Positions 9,265-17,572 of a stretch of 64,000 nucleotides of DNA are shown in pieces. Within the stretch, counting starts at the first letter, position 1. Each line of letters starts with the position of its first letter. Position numbers and translations under genes: made by a program. Below the pieces are notes generated by a model, which worked only from the letters and a program-made list of their open reading frames with translations, had not been told where the DNA came from and did not search any database. This DNA is from Chthonomonadales bacterium (GTDB lineage Bacteria > Armatimonadota > Chthonomonadetes > Chthonomonadales > CAJBBX01): assembly GCA_037443035.1 (NCBI GenBank), contig JBBIPC010000005.1, positions 71,940 through 135,939 of the forward strand, given 5' to 3'.

Positions 9265-10467
9265 ATGCGGAGAACGCATAAGGCAATCGTCGCAGTCGCC
9301 ATTCTGTGTGGCTTCGTGGCCGCCGCGTCCAGCGCCTTGGCAGTACCCGCTTTCGGGCGCAAGACCGGCCTAGACTGCACTTCGTGCCACTTCGGTGGTT
9401 CGAATCGACTCACGAGAATGGGCCTGGATTTCCTCGTTCGCGGACATCGTATGAAGGATGATCAGGGCATTGCCAAGGGTGACAAGAGCCTGAACGTTCT
9501 GGACTACATGTCGTTCTCGTCCAAGGTTCGCTACACCGCGAACAACTCGTCACCGTACACGGCTTTCGACGTGGAGTCCTTCTCTATCTACACGGGCGGA
9601 CCTCTTTCCGGGGGTTTCAGCTACTTCGTGGAGTACTACCTCCATGAGCGGGGCAAGGCGGCGTCCTCGACTGGTGGTCAGGTGGACACAGCTACGAGGT
9701 CGAAGCTTGCGGACGCGTATCTCCAATGGAACAGCGCCCCTCAGGGAGATGCGTATTACTACGTTCGAGCGGGCCAGATCTACCCGTACGCCGTCTACGT
9801 CAATGGTTCTGGCGGTCGCCTGAGTATCAGTCGCCCGACAGTGATCGATGGTGATCTCGGGGGTGGCAACTTGTATACACCACGCGACCGTGCCTATGGC
9901 CTGTCGGCCGGCTACGCGAACGGTAATGGGTACCGTATGGAAGCAGGGATCGTCAACAGCGGCGGAACCAACAAGCGCGCCAACCTCGCGGAGCAGAATA
10001 CTTTCAAGGATCTTTTCCTCACCGTGGAGAAGGACCTGACGTCTGAGCTAACGTTCGGACTGTACGGCTACAACGGACGCATCAACATCCCGGCGGCGGG
10101 AAGCATCCCCCAGTGGGAGGATCGCTTCACTCGGTATGGCGTCTTCAGCCGTTACGAGACCGAGAGTCTCGCCTTGAGCGCCGCGTACTTCGGAGGCCAG
10201 AACCAGGTCTACGGCGGCGGACACAGGAATCCTGACGGGTACTATCTCGAAGCGGGATACAACGTCCAGCCAACCTTGACGGGATTCGCACGCTACGACC
10301 ACGTCTACAACGACCTGGGCGCCTCATCGCGGCGAACGGATGTCACGTTCGGCGTGTCCCAGAGGCTGACGGATGTGGGGCGACTGGTGCTGCAGTTCAG
10401 CACTACGACAGTACCAGGATCACCATACAAGCGACAGTTGCAGGCGGAGCTGAACTGGCTCTTCTAG
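9265..10467 (+). CDS. Cyc2-like fused monoheme cytochrome c / outer-membrane beta-barrel porin
   Basis: Signal peptide, then AVPAFGRKTGLDCTSCH...RLTRMGLDF (Cyc2-type N-terminus); alternating aromatic beta-strand pattern; C-terminal Phe (ELNWLF). Confidence 0.8.
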   Translation: MRRTHKAIVAVAILCGFVAAASSALAVPAFGRKTGLDCTSCHFGGSNRLTRMGLDFLVRGHRMKDDQGIAKGDKSLNVLDYMSFSSKVRYTANNSSPYTAFDVESFSIYTGGPLSGGFSYFVEYYLHERGKAASSTGGQVDTATRSKLADAYLQWNSAPQGDAYYYVRAGQIYPYAVYVNGSGGRLSISRPTVIDGDLGGGNLYTPRDRAYGLSAGYANGNGYRMEAGIVNSGGTNKRANLAEQNTFKDLFLTVEKDLTSELTFGLYGYNGRINIPAAGSIPQWEDRFTRYGVFSRYETESLALSAAYFGGQNQVYGGGHRNPDGYYLEAGYNVQPTLTGFARYDHVYNDLGASSRRTDVTFGVSQRLTDVGRLVLQFSTTTVPGSPYKRQLQAELNWLF

Positions 10468-10485
10468 GCACCGTACCGTTGTCTC

Positions 10486-10525
10486 GCTGCGGTGCTCCTC
10501 CCACGCCTAGGTGGAGCACCGCAGC
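10486..10525 (+). terminator. 13-bp perfect stem-loop downstream of the cytochrome-porin gene
   Basis: GCTGCGGTGCTCC...GGAGCACCGCAGC; no U-tract, so it could be a terminator or an mRNA stabiliser. Confidence 0.45.
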
Positions 10526-10708
10526 CTCATACGCAACAAGGGAAAGCACGATACAACGTCGCGAGACGATAGCTGCCAACCTCTGTGGCTACGACCTCCG
10601 TTGCCAGGCTGGGGACGTCGGATGCTTGGTGACCCGGGCGCGCCACCGAATGGCCCGTAGGCCCTGGGTACTGGCCACATCCATCGGCCAGCGGACCACG
10701 ATCTGAGG

Positions 10709-12202
10709 ATGAAGCTCCCACGTTCGTTCTACAACGTCACGACCTTCGTGGGAGCCCTCTTTGCGTTCCTGTTCCTCCTCGTTACGTTGTTCCTCTTCGC
10801 GGTGGAGCTGACCGCTCCGCAGTCCCATCCGTACATGGGGCTCGTCGCGTTCATCGTCCTTCCGACTCTTTTCGTCCTGAGTCTGCTTGTCGCGCTCTTC
10901 GGCATCTTCCGGACGTGGCGCCGGCTCCGAAAGCCGACAGCCACTCCCATCCCGCCGTTCCATTTCGATCTCAGTGTCCCGGCCCAACGTAACGCCGCTC
11001 TGCTCGTCATGGGAGGATCGGGGTTCTTCCTGCTGTTCGCCTCGTTCACGAGCTACCAAGCTTACGAGTACACCGATTCCGTCGAGTTCTGCGGAAGAGC
11101 CTGTCACGCGGTGATGAAGCCCGAATACACCGCCTACAAGGCTTCTCCCCACGCGAGGGTGGCCTGCGTGGCATGTCACATCGGCCCTGGAGCGACCTGG
11201 TTCGTCAAGTCCAAACTGAGTGGTACGTACCAGGTCTACTCCACACTCTTCCACAAGTACCACAAGCCCATCGAGACACCCATCGCCAACCTGCGTCCTG
11301 CTCGAGAGACCTGCGAGCAGTGCCACTGGCCCCAGCATTTCTACTCGGCCAAACTTCGCACGCAGGCCTACTTCCTGTCCGACGAGAAGAACACGCGCTC
11401 CAGCACGACGCTGCTGATGAAGATCGGCGGGGGTGATGTCAATCACGGAGCGGCGGCTGGCATCCATTTCCACATGTACCTGAACGCCACCATCTCCTAC
11501 GTAGCCCTGGACAAGAAGCGTCTGGTGATCCCCTACGTGGAGGTCCGGTACCCTGACGGTACTTTCAGATCGTATCGAAGCACAGAGAATCCCGTACCTG
11601 AAGACAAGCTGCGTAAGTCACCTCGCTACGTCGTAGACTGCATCGAGTGTCACAATCGACCGACCCACCGGTTCCGCCATCCGGCGCAGACCGTGAACCT
11701 GGCCATGTCTTTGAACAAGATCAAGCCGGACCTGCCAGAGATCAAGAAGGTAGCCGTGGAAGCCCTGGAACAGCCATACAAGACGGAGCCGGAGGCCCTC
11801 CGAGGCATTCGCAAGGCTGTACTGGACGCTTTCCGAGCGAACCATCCGGACGTGGCGGCCTCGCGTGGTGCCGACATCGAAGCGGCCATCGAGGAGCTGC
11901 AACGTATCTACCGCACGAATTACTTTCCGGAGATGAAGGTAAGCTGGAAGGAGTTCCCGGATCATATCGGCCATCTGTACTCTCCGGGCTGCTTCCGATG
12001 CCATGACGACAAGCATGTCAGCCCGGACGGCAAGGTCTTGTCACGCGCGTGCAATCAGTGCCACACGATACTGGCACAGACGGACGGCCAGGGCAAGATG
12101 TCCGAATCGCTCGAGGGGCTGGCCTTCAAGCACCCAGGCGATGTGGGAGATGCCTGGATGCAGATGAACTGCACAGACTGCCACGCGCAACCAGCACAAT
12201 AG
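10709..12202 (+). CDS. NapC/NirT-family membrane-anchored multiheme cytochrome c (7 heme motifs)
   Basis: Three N-terminal hydrophobic helices; YTDSVEFCGRACHAVM (CX3CH), CVACH, CEQCH, CIECH, CFRCH, CNQCH, CTDCH. Confidence 0.9.
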   Translation: MKLPRSFYNVTTFVGALFAFLFLLVTLFLFAVELTAPQSHPYMGLVAFIVLPTLFVLSLLVALFGIFRTWRRLRKPTATPIPPFHFDLSVPAQRNAALLVMGGSGFFLLFASFTSYQAYEYTDSVEFCGRACHAVMKPEYTAYKASPHARVACVACHIGPGATWFVKSKLSGTYQVYSTLFHKYHKPIETPIANLRPARETCEQCHWPQHFYSAKLRTQAYFLSDEKNTRSSTTLLMKIGGGDVNHGAAAGIHFHMYLNATISYVALDKKRLVIPYVEVRYPDGTFRSYRSTENPVPEDKLRKSPRYVVDCIECHNRPTHRFRHPAQTVNLAMSLNKIKPDLPEIKKVAVEALEQPYKTEPEALRGIRKAVLDAFRANHPDVAASRGADIEAAIEELQRIYRTNYFPEMKVSWKEFPDHIGHLYSPGCFRCHDDKHVSPDGKVLSRACNQCHTILAQTDGQGKMSESLEGLAFKHPGDVGDAWMQMNCTDCHAQPAQ

Positions 12203-12337
12203 CCACAGAGCGGGAGATCCAGCTCCCGCCACAAACAGGTGGACTGCGCAGTCGCGAAGCCGGACGAGGTCCCGGCCGCGACCTTGTAAGGCAATGTCCG
12301 CACGTGGATGCGGATTCACCGCGGGAGGTGAACAAGT

Positions 12338-12847
12338 ATGCCTGCACAGTCTACGAGGCCGCTGGACGACGAGAGGTCTGACGTTTCCGCAGCGGCCACG
12401 CAAGCCGGTCGCCGAAGCTTTCTCGAGTGGCTGCTGGCCACCTTGCTAGTCGTGACCGGCGCTACCTTTGTTCGTCCTGTGCTGTCCTATCTCAGTCCCC
12501 GAAAGAGCGGCAAGGGTGCCCACGTTCTGCTCGGTACTGACGGCCGCTCCATTCCGTATGCACGGCTAGCCACGGAGCCGACACTCGTCGGCATGGGCGT
12601 GGACGGGGAGCCTACGATTGTCGTGAGGTACGCCGGAGAAACAAGGGCATTCTCGGCGGTCTGCACACATCTGGGCTGCCTCGTCAAGTGGGAGGCGGCC
12701 AAGGCCGAGTTCATCTGCCCGTGCCACAACGGCCACTTCGACGCGAACGGTGTCAACGTTGCCGGGCCACCACCCAAACCGCTGAAACGCTTCAAGGTCT
12801 ACGCAACGGACAGGGGCGAAATCGGTCTCGAGGAGGTATCGGCATGA
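12338..12847 (+). CDS. qcrA: Rieske [2Fe-2S] subunit of a Rieske/cytochrome b complex
   Basis: Tat-like GRRSFL plus TM helix; CTHLGC and CPCHNG boxes; GPPPKPL. Confidence 0.92.
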   Translation: MPAQSTRPLDDERSDVSAAATQAGRRSFLEWLLATLLVVTGATFVRPVLSYLSPRKSGKGAHVLLGTDGRSIPYARLATEPTLVGMGVDGEPTIVVRYAGETRAFSAVCTHLGCLVKWEAAKAEFICPCHNGHFDANGVNVAGPPPKPLKRFKVYATDRGEIGLEEVSA

Positions 12848-13908
12848 AGCGCCTCGTTACCTCGGTGTGGCGATGGATAGATACACGCCTGAAGCTCAGC
12901 GATATCTTGCGGGCTACCCTAACCGAGTACATGGTGCCGGCGAACCTCAACTTCTGGCACACACTGGGCTTCGTTCTGGTGACCTGCTTCGTCATCCAGG
13001 TGGTCACCGGCATGCTCCTCCTGATGTACTACGTTCCGGACACCAGCCGAGCTTTCGAATCCGTCCAATACCTCAGCAATGAGGTGCCTTACGGGTGGCT
13101 CGTGCGGAACATCCACGCGATGACATCCCACCTGTTCGTGCTGGCGCTATTCCTCCATATCGCCTCCACCGTCTGGATGCGGGCCTACCGCAATCCGCGG
13201 GAGCTCCAGTGGCTTTCGGGGATGATCCTCCTGGGTCTAGTGCTAGCTGCCGGTCTGTCTGGCTACCTACTGCCGTGGAGCCAGCTCTCGTACTGGGCGA
13301 CAACCGTGGCGACCAACGCCGCAGGGAGCATTCCTGTCGTTGGTGATGATCTCGTGCTCTGGATTCGCGGAACGCCGAAGGTGACGCAGTTCACTCTCGG
13401 ACGATTCTTCGCGGCGCACGTCTCCATCATTCCGTTCAGCATTCTGGTCCTGATCGGCATCCACCTGCTGTTCCTTCGACTGACAGGTATCTCTGTCCCA
13501 GGGGGTGAGGAGAGGGGTCCGGTCCGCAGAGTGCCATTCTTCCCTCACATGGTGGTGAAGGAGATCGGTTCGGTCTTCGGATTCCTGATCCTTCTGAATG
13601 TCCTGATCTTCTACTTCCCGCAGATCAACTTCCCCGCGGACGCCCTCATTCCCGCTAATCCGCTCGAAACTCCCGCTCATATCAAACCGCACTGGTACTT
13701 CCTGGCTAACTACCAGTTCCTGAAGCTCGTGCCCAGCGAGTTTCTCGGTGTTATCCTCCAAGTCGTTGGAGGGATTATCCTTTTCTTCCTGCCATTCCTC
13801 GACACAGGTAAGCGACGGTCCCCGCTCTACAACCGGCTGTTCTACGCGGTGGTCGGTCTCAGCATCCTCGGTTACATCGGCCTGATGGTCTGGGGCTACT
13901 ACTCATGA
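12844..13908 (+). CDS. qcrB: Cytochrome b (fused b6 + subunit IV type)
   Basis: ATG overlaps the Rieske stop; GWLVRNIH...LH and FFAAH...IH heme ligands; GYLLPWSQLSYWA; ANPLETPAHIKPHWYF. Confidence 0.93.
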   Translation: MKRLVTSVWRWIDTRLKLSDILRATLTEYMVPANLNFWHTLGFVLVTCFVIQVVTGMLLLMYYVPDTSRAFESVQYLSNEVPYGWLVRNIHAMTSHLFVLALFLHIASTVWMRAYRNPRELQWLSGMILLGLVLAAGLSGYLLPWSQLSYWATTVATNAAGSIPVVGDDLVLWIRGTPKVTQFTLGRFFAAHVSIIPFSILVLIGIHLLFLRLTGISVPGGEERGPVRRVPFFPHMVVKEIGSVFGFLILLNVLIFYFPQINFPADALIPANPLETPAHIKPHWYFLANYQFLKLVPSEFLGVILQVVGGIILFFLPFLDTGKRRSPLYNRLFYAVVGLSILGYIGLMVWGYYS

Positions 13909-14726
13909 GGAGGTACGGGTTGATGATGCGCATTCTCGTTACAGCCCTGGCACTATCGGTGGTCGGGGGGGCGGCCCGGGGGCAGAACTCGTGTCTCGCC
14001 TGCCACCGACAGCAAGAGGGTGATCGTGGCGGTCCAGCCCATGACTGGCCGACAAGCGTGCACTTCGTGAACGGGATTGGTTGCCAGGATTGCCACGGCG
14101 GCGACGCCCGTTCCGACGACCCTCAGATCGCCATGAACCCCAAGAACGGCTTCGTCGGTCGGCCAGCTCCAAGGGACGTTCCCAACTTCTGTGGCAAGTG
14201 TCACGAAGCTGTTCGCGACAACTACCTGCAGAGCGCTCATGCAGCCATGCTCCAGGCTGACCCGGCAGCCGCGCCCAACTGCGTCACGTGCCACACCGCC
14301 CATAAACAGCAGAAGGTTACGCTGGACCTCATCAACGAGCGAACGTGCGGCCGGTGTCACGATTACGCACGGGCAGCGAGGCTCAAGGAAGCCATGCGCG
14401 GTATCGAGAACGATGTGCAAGCGGTGACTGCTCGCGAACGTCACGTGTTCCTCCACGGCATCGCCACAGACGACGAACAGAAGGCTATCTTTGCCGTCCG
14501 TAATCAGGCACACAGGCTTACCCACGTCCTGGAGATCCAGAGAATCCTCGGTGCATTGGACAAGGTACGGCCCGACCTGGATCGCGTAGAGGCGCGGATT
14601 TCGGTCAAGGAGAAGGTCCTGGAGGATAGACGGCGAGAAGGGAACGCTCTCCTCGTGCTCTTCTTCATCGGCATGATCGTCGCCTACGCTACGCACAAGA
14701 GGCTCATGCATACCGCCAGCGGTTGA
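13905..14726 (+). CDS. Pentaheme cytochrome c with C-terminal membrane anchor
   Basis: Signal peptide; CLACH, CQDCH, CGKCH, CVTCH, CGRCH; helical region, then C-terminal TM; start overlaps the cyt b stop. Confidence 0.88.
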   Translation: MRRYGLMMRILVTALALSVVGGAARGQNSCLACHRQQEGDRGGPAHDWPTSVHFVNGIGCQDCHGGDARSDDPQIAMNPKNGFVGRPAPRDVPNFCGKCHEAVRDNYLQSAHAAMLQADPAAAPNCVTCHTAHKQQKVTLDLINERTCGRCHDYARAARLKEAMRGIENDVQAVTARERHVFLHGIATDDEQKAIFAVRNQAHRLTHVLEIQRILGALDKVRPDLDRVEARISVKEKVLEDRRREGNALLVLFFIGMIVAYATHKRLMHTASG

Positions 14727-14740
14727 GGCACGAGTTGGAC

Positions 14741-14762
14741 TGGGGGCGTACGGATTCGAACC
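14741..14762 (-). other. tRNA 3'-end-like fragment (possible att remnant)
   Basis: Minus strand GG-TTCGAAT-CCGTA-CGCCCCC-A fits T-loop, 3' T-stem, acceptor strand and discriminator; no matching 5' half. Confidence 0.3.
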
Positions 14763-14767
14763 AACTC

Positions 14768-14797
14768 TTGACAGGCACTCCTTAGCCGTGCTATATA
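14768..14797 (+). promoter_or_regulatory. sigma70-type promoter
   Basis: TTGACA-18 nt-TATATA with TG extended -10, about 30 nt upstream of the next start. Confidence 0.6.
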
Positions 14798-14826
14798 TTT
14801 GTCACGTTCGTGGCAAGGGGAGTGCG

Positions 14827-15528
14827 GTGCATTCGATACGCGTGACATTGGCGGCAGCCCCGCTGGTGGCGCTTCTGCTATGGCCGTCGGCCGCCGCGGC
14901 CGATGTGCGTCACTTCCCCTACACCTACTCCTGGCACCAGCCGTACCGCAACGAGAAGGAGATCGCTTATCACCTGCGGTATCTAGATCGAGACAACACC
15001 TTCACCCATCGCTTCGAGTTCGAGTACGGCCTCACAGATCACCTGTCCGTAGCACCCTACGTCGTCTTCACTGGGAATACCGGCGGCGGCTGGACATACG
15101 ACGCAACGTTGCTAGAGACACGCTGGAACTTCGGAAGTCGCAAGGACGACGTCTGGTTGCCCGCAGTCTACATGGAGTGGAAGAAGGCCAGATCCGAGCC
15201 CTGGGAAGTGGAGGGCAAAATCATCATCACGCGCTATGGCACAGGCGAATCGGATCTCTCGCTCAACTACATTGTCGAGCAACTCCTGGAGACGGGAGCC
15301 AGTGCGCATCATGCGCTGTCTCTGGCGTACAGCAGAACCATCGGTGGCGGCATGCGGGCGGGATTCGAGTGGATTCAGGGTCTCACGTCTCGCAGGATCA
15401 ATGCGGGGCCTGTGTTCTCAAGCTACGTGGGACCAGTGTGGCTCACGGGAGGGCTGGCTCTGCCGCTGAACGGCGTTTCTGGCAATCGCCCCGAGTTCCG
15501 ACTCATCGCCTCCCACCACTGGTTCTGA
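14827..15528 (+). CDS. Putative outer-membrane beta-barrel protein
   Basis: Signal peptide ending AAA-D; aromatic alternating strands (FEFEYGLTDHLSVAPY); C-terminal WF. Confidence 0.65.
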   Translation: MHSIRVTLAAAPLVALLLWPSAAAADVRHFPYTYSWHQPYRNEKEIAYHLRYLDRDNTFTHRFEFEYGLTDHLSVAPYVVFTGNTGGGWTYDATLLETRWNFGSRKDDVWLPAVYMEWKKARSEPWEVEGKIIITRYGTGESDLSLNYIVEQLLETGASAHHALSLAYSRTIGGGMRAGFEWIQGLTSRRINAGPVFSSYVGPVWLTGGLALPLNGVSGNRPEFRLIASHHWF

Positions 15529-15558
15529 GCTGTCGGCAGGCACACGGTCAACGATGCC

Positions 15559-16197
15559 ATGACAGCAGTGGCGTCCGCTACAGGAGACGTACGGGCCGCT
15601 CGGCGGCTGGCCCTGTTCACCGTCGCCTGGAACCTGACCGAGGCGTTCGTGGCCTTGTTGAGCGGAATACTGGCTGGCAGCATCGCATTGGTCGGATTTG
15701 GCGCCGACTCCATAGTGGAGAGTCTATCCGGTGCGGTGATGCTCTGGCGTTTCGGGGCGACCGACCACGACGGCCGTCGAGAGAAGCTGGCCTTACGGTT
15801 GGTGGGAGCCACCTTGCTCATCCTCGCTGTGTACGTCGCAGGCGACGCAGCTCAGAGCCTCGCTCGCCGTGAGCCACCCGAGAAGAGCATCCCTGGCATC
15901 ATTCTCGCGATGCTATCGCTGGCCGTAATGCCTCTGCTCGCACGTGCCAAGCGAAGAGTGGCCGGCAGGCTACAGAGCGCCTCGTTACATGCCGACTCGC
16001 GGCAGACCGACATCTGCGCCGTGCTATCCGCCATCTTGCTTGTTGGACTGGCCCTAAATGCCATAGCTGGGTGGTGGTGGGCCGATCCTATGGCTGCGAT
16101 CGCTATGACGCCGCTCATCGCGCGTGAGGGAGTGAATGCCGTGCGCGGAGAAGCGTGCGGCTGTGCCGTGCAACATCCTACAGCGAAGTCAGACTGA
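15559..16197 (+). CDS. Short cation diffusion facilitator (CDF) family transporter
   Basis: WNLTEA...GSIALVGFGADSIVES, SLHADSRQT, WWWADP; about 6 TMs, no cytoplasmic CTD. Confidence 0.85.
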   Translation: MTAVASATGDVRAARRLALFTVAWNLTEAFVALLSGILAGSIALVGFGADSIVESLSGAVMLWRFGATDHDGRREKLALRLVGATLLILAVYVAGDAAQSLARREPPEKSIPGIILAMLSLAVMPLLARAKRRVAGRLQSASLHADSRQTDICAVLSAILLVGLALNAIAGWWWADPMAAIAMTPLIAREGVNAVRGEACGCAVQHPTAKSD

Positions 16198-17571
16198 CTC
16201 TCCTTGGTTCTCCATGGCGTCGCGGGCCATTCTCACTAGGTCCCGGGCTTCCGGCTCAGTCGGTGCTTCGGCAATGACGCGGATGATAGGCTCCGTGTTG
16301 GACGCCCGGGCCTGCAGCCACCGGTCGGGCCAGATCGCTTTGACGCCGTCGGTGAAGTCGAGCGTCGCGCCAACACAGGCAGCCTGAAGGCGACGCAGTG
16401 CAACGGGTACATCACGCGGACGCGCTGGCATCCGTTCCTTCAACATGGCGTACGCTGGAATCGCAGAACGCAGGTCACGGATCGTCGCGCGCTCCGTGGC
16501 CATGGCCTCCAGGATGTACCCCATGGCTACGAAACTGTCGCGGCACGGATTGATGTGGGGTGCTATGACGCCGCCGTTACCTTCACCACCGATACGCGCT
16601 CCTACCTCCAGCATCTTCTCTACGACATTGATCTCTCCAACCTTCGTGCGGTACAGCGTACAGCCTGTTTCTGAACAGACGTCGTCTATCATGCGGCTCG
16701 TGGAAACGTTGACCACAACCGGTCCAGGACTCCGCCGTGTCGCGTGCCGCACCGCCAGTGCCACGGTCACCTCCTCACCGAGCGGGATGCCGTTCTGGTC
16801 GGCGATGGCCAAGCGATCGGCGTCGGCATCCTGTACAAAGCCAACATCGGCTCCCGATTCCCGAACGGCCATGCCGAGATCCGTCATGTTCTCCGGTACG
16901 GGCTCTGGACTGTGGGGGAACGGCCTATCGGGGTCCGTGTGGATGGCCACAACCTTGCAGCCCAGACCTTCCAGGAAGGTTGGCGTTGCCCTGGACGCCG
17001 CTCCGTTGCAGCAGTCCACCGCAACGCGAATGCCGGCGCGACGAATGCTCTCCACATCCAGAGCCTGCCGGACGGCTTCCAGGTGACGCGGAATGGCCGA
17101 GCTATCGTGACGCACTTGCGGAACGGCCGCACCGCCGACGCGGGGATAGATACCCTGATGGTAGAGATCCGTGAGCTCGGCGGCTTCGTGAGGGCGGAGA
17201 AGGATGCCGTCCGGACCGAAGAACTTCAGAGCATTCCACTCGATAGGATTGTGACTGGCCGTGAGACAAATGCCGCCGAACGCCCCCATGCGCCGTACAT
17301 GTAGCTGCAACGCCGGCACGGGTAGGATGCCGACGTCCACCGGCGTACATCCCACGCTCTGAAGCCCGGCTATGACCGCGTACTCCACCATCTCCCGGGA
17401 TGGTCGGGTGTCCGTTCCCACAAGGATCGGCCCAGCGCCCGCATAGGCACCGAAAGCTGCGGCAAATGACGTCACGAGCTGTGGCGTCAGCGCATCGCCC
17501 ACGATGCCCCGCACACCAGAGATGCTGATCTTGAGTGCGAGCTGCTTGCGACGCAACAGGTTCGCAGCCAT
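16189..17571 (-). CDS. Alpha-D-phosphohexomutase (GlmM/PMM-like)
   Basis: SISGVRG, TASHNP, DADADR, GEGNGG, RASNTEP. Confidence 0.92.
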   Translation of the reverse strand: MAANLLRRKQLALKISISGVRGIVGDALTPQLVTSFAAAFGAYAGAGPILVGTDTRPSREMVEYAVIAGLQSVGCTPVDVGILPVPALQLHVRRMGAFGGICLTASHNPIEWNALKFFGPDGILLRPHEAAELTDLYHQGIYPRVGGAAVPQVRHDSSAIPRHLEAVRQALDVESIRRAGIRVAVDCCNGAASRATPTFLEGLGCKVVAIHTDPDRPFPHSPEPVPENMTDLGMAVRESGADVGFVQDADADRLAIADQNGIPLGEEVTVALAVRHATRRSPGPVVVNVSTSRMIDDVCSETGCTLYRTKVGEINVVEKMLEVGARIGGEGNGGVIAPHINPCRDSFVAMGYILEAMATERATIRDLRSAIPAYAMLKERMPARPRDVPVALRRLQAACVGATLDFTDGVKAIWPDRWLQARASNTEPIIRVIAEAPTEPEARDLVRMARDAMENQGESV

Positions 17572-17572
17572 C

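Noticed and set aside
9265..12202. MtrAB/PioAB-type porin-cytochrome complex
   Set aside because: No decaheme MtrA-like protein, and the barrel is about 400 aa with its own heme motif, unlike the larger heme-free MtrB
14741..14830. Complete tRNA, or tmRNA 5' end (GGGGGCGTACGGATTCGA)
   Set aside because: No cloverleaf 5' half on the minus strand; on the plus strand it lacks the TTCGAC context and runs straight into a promoter and CDS
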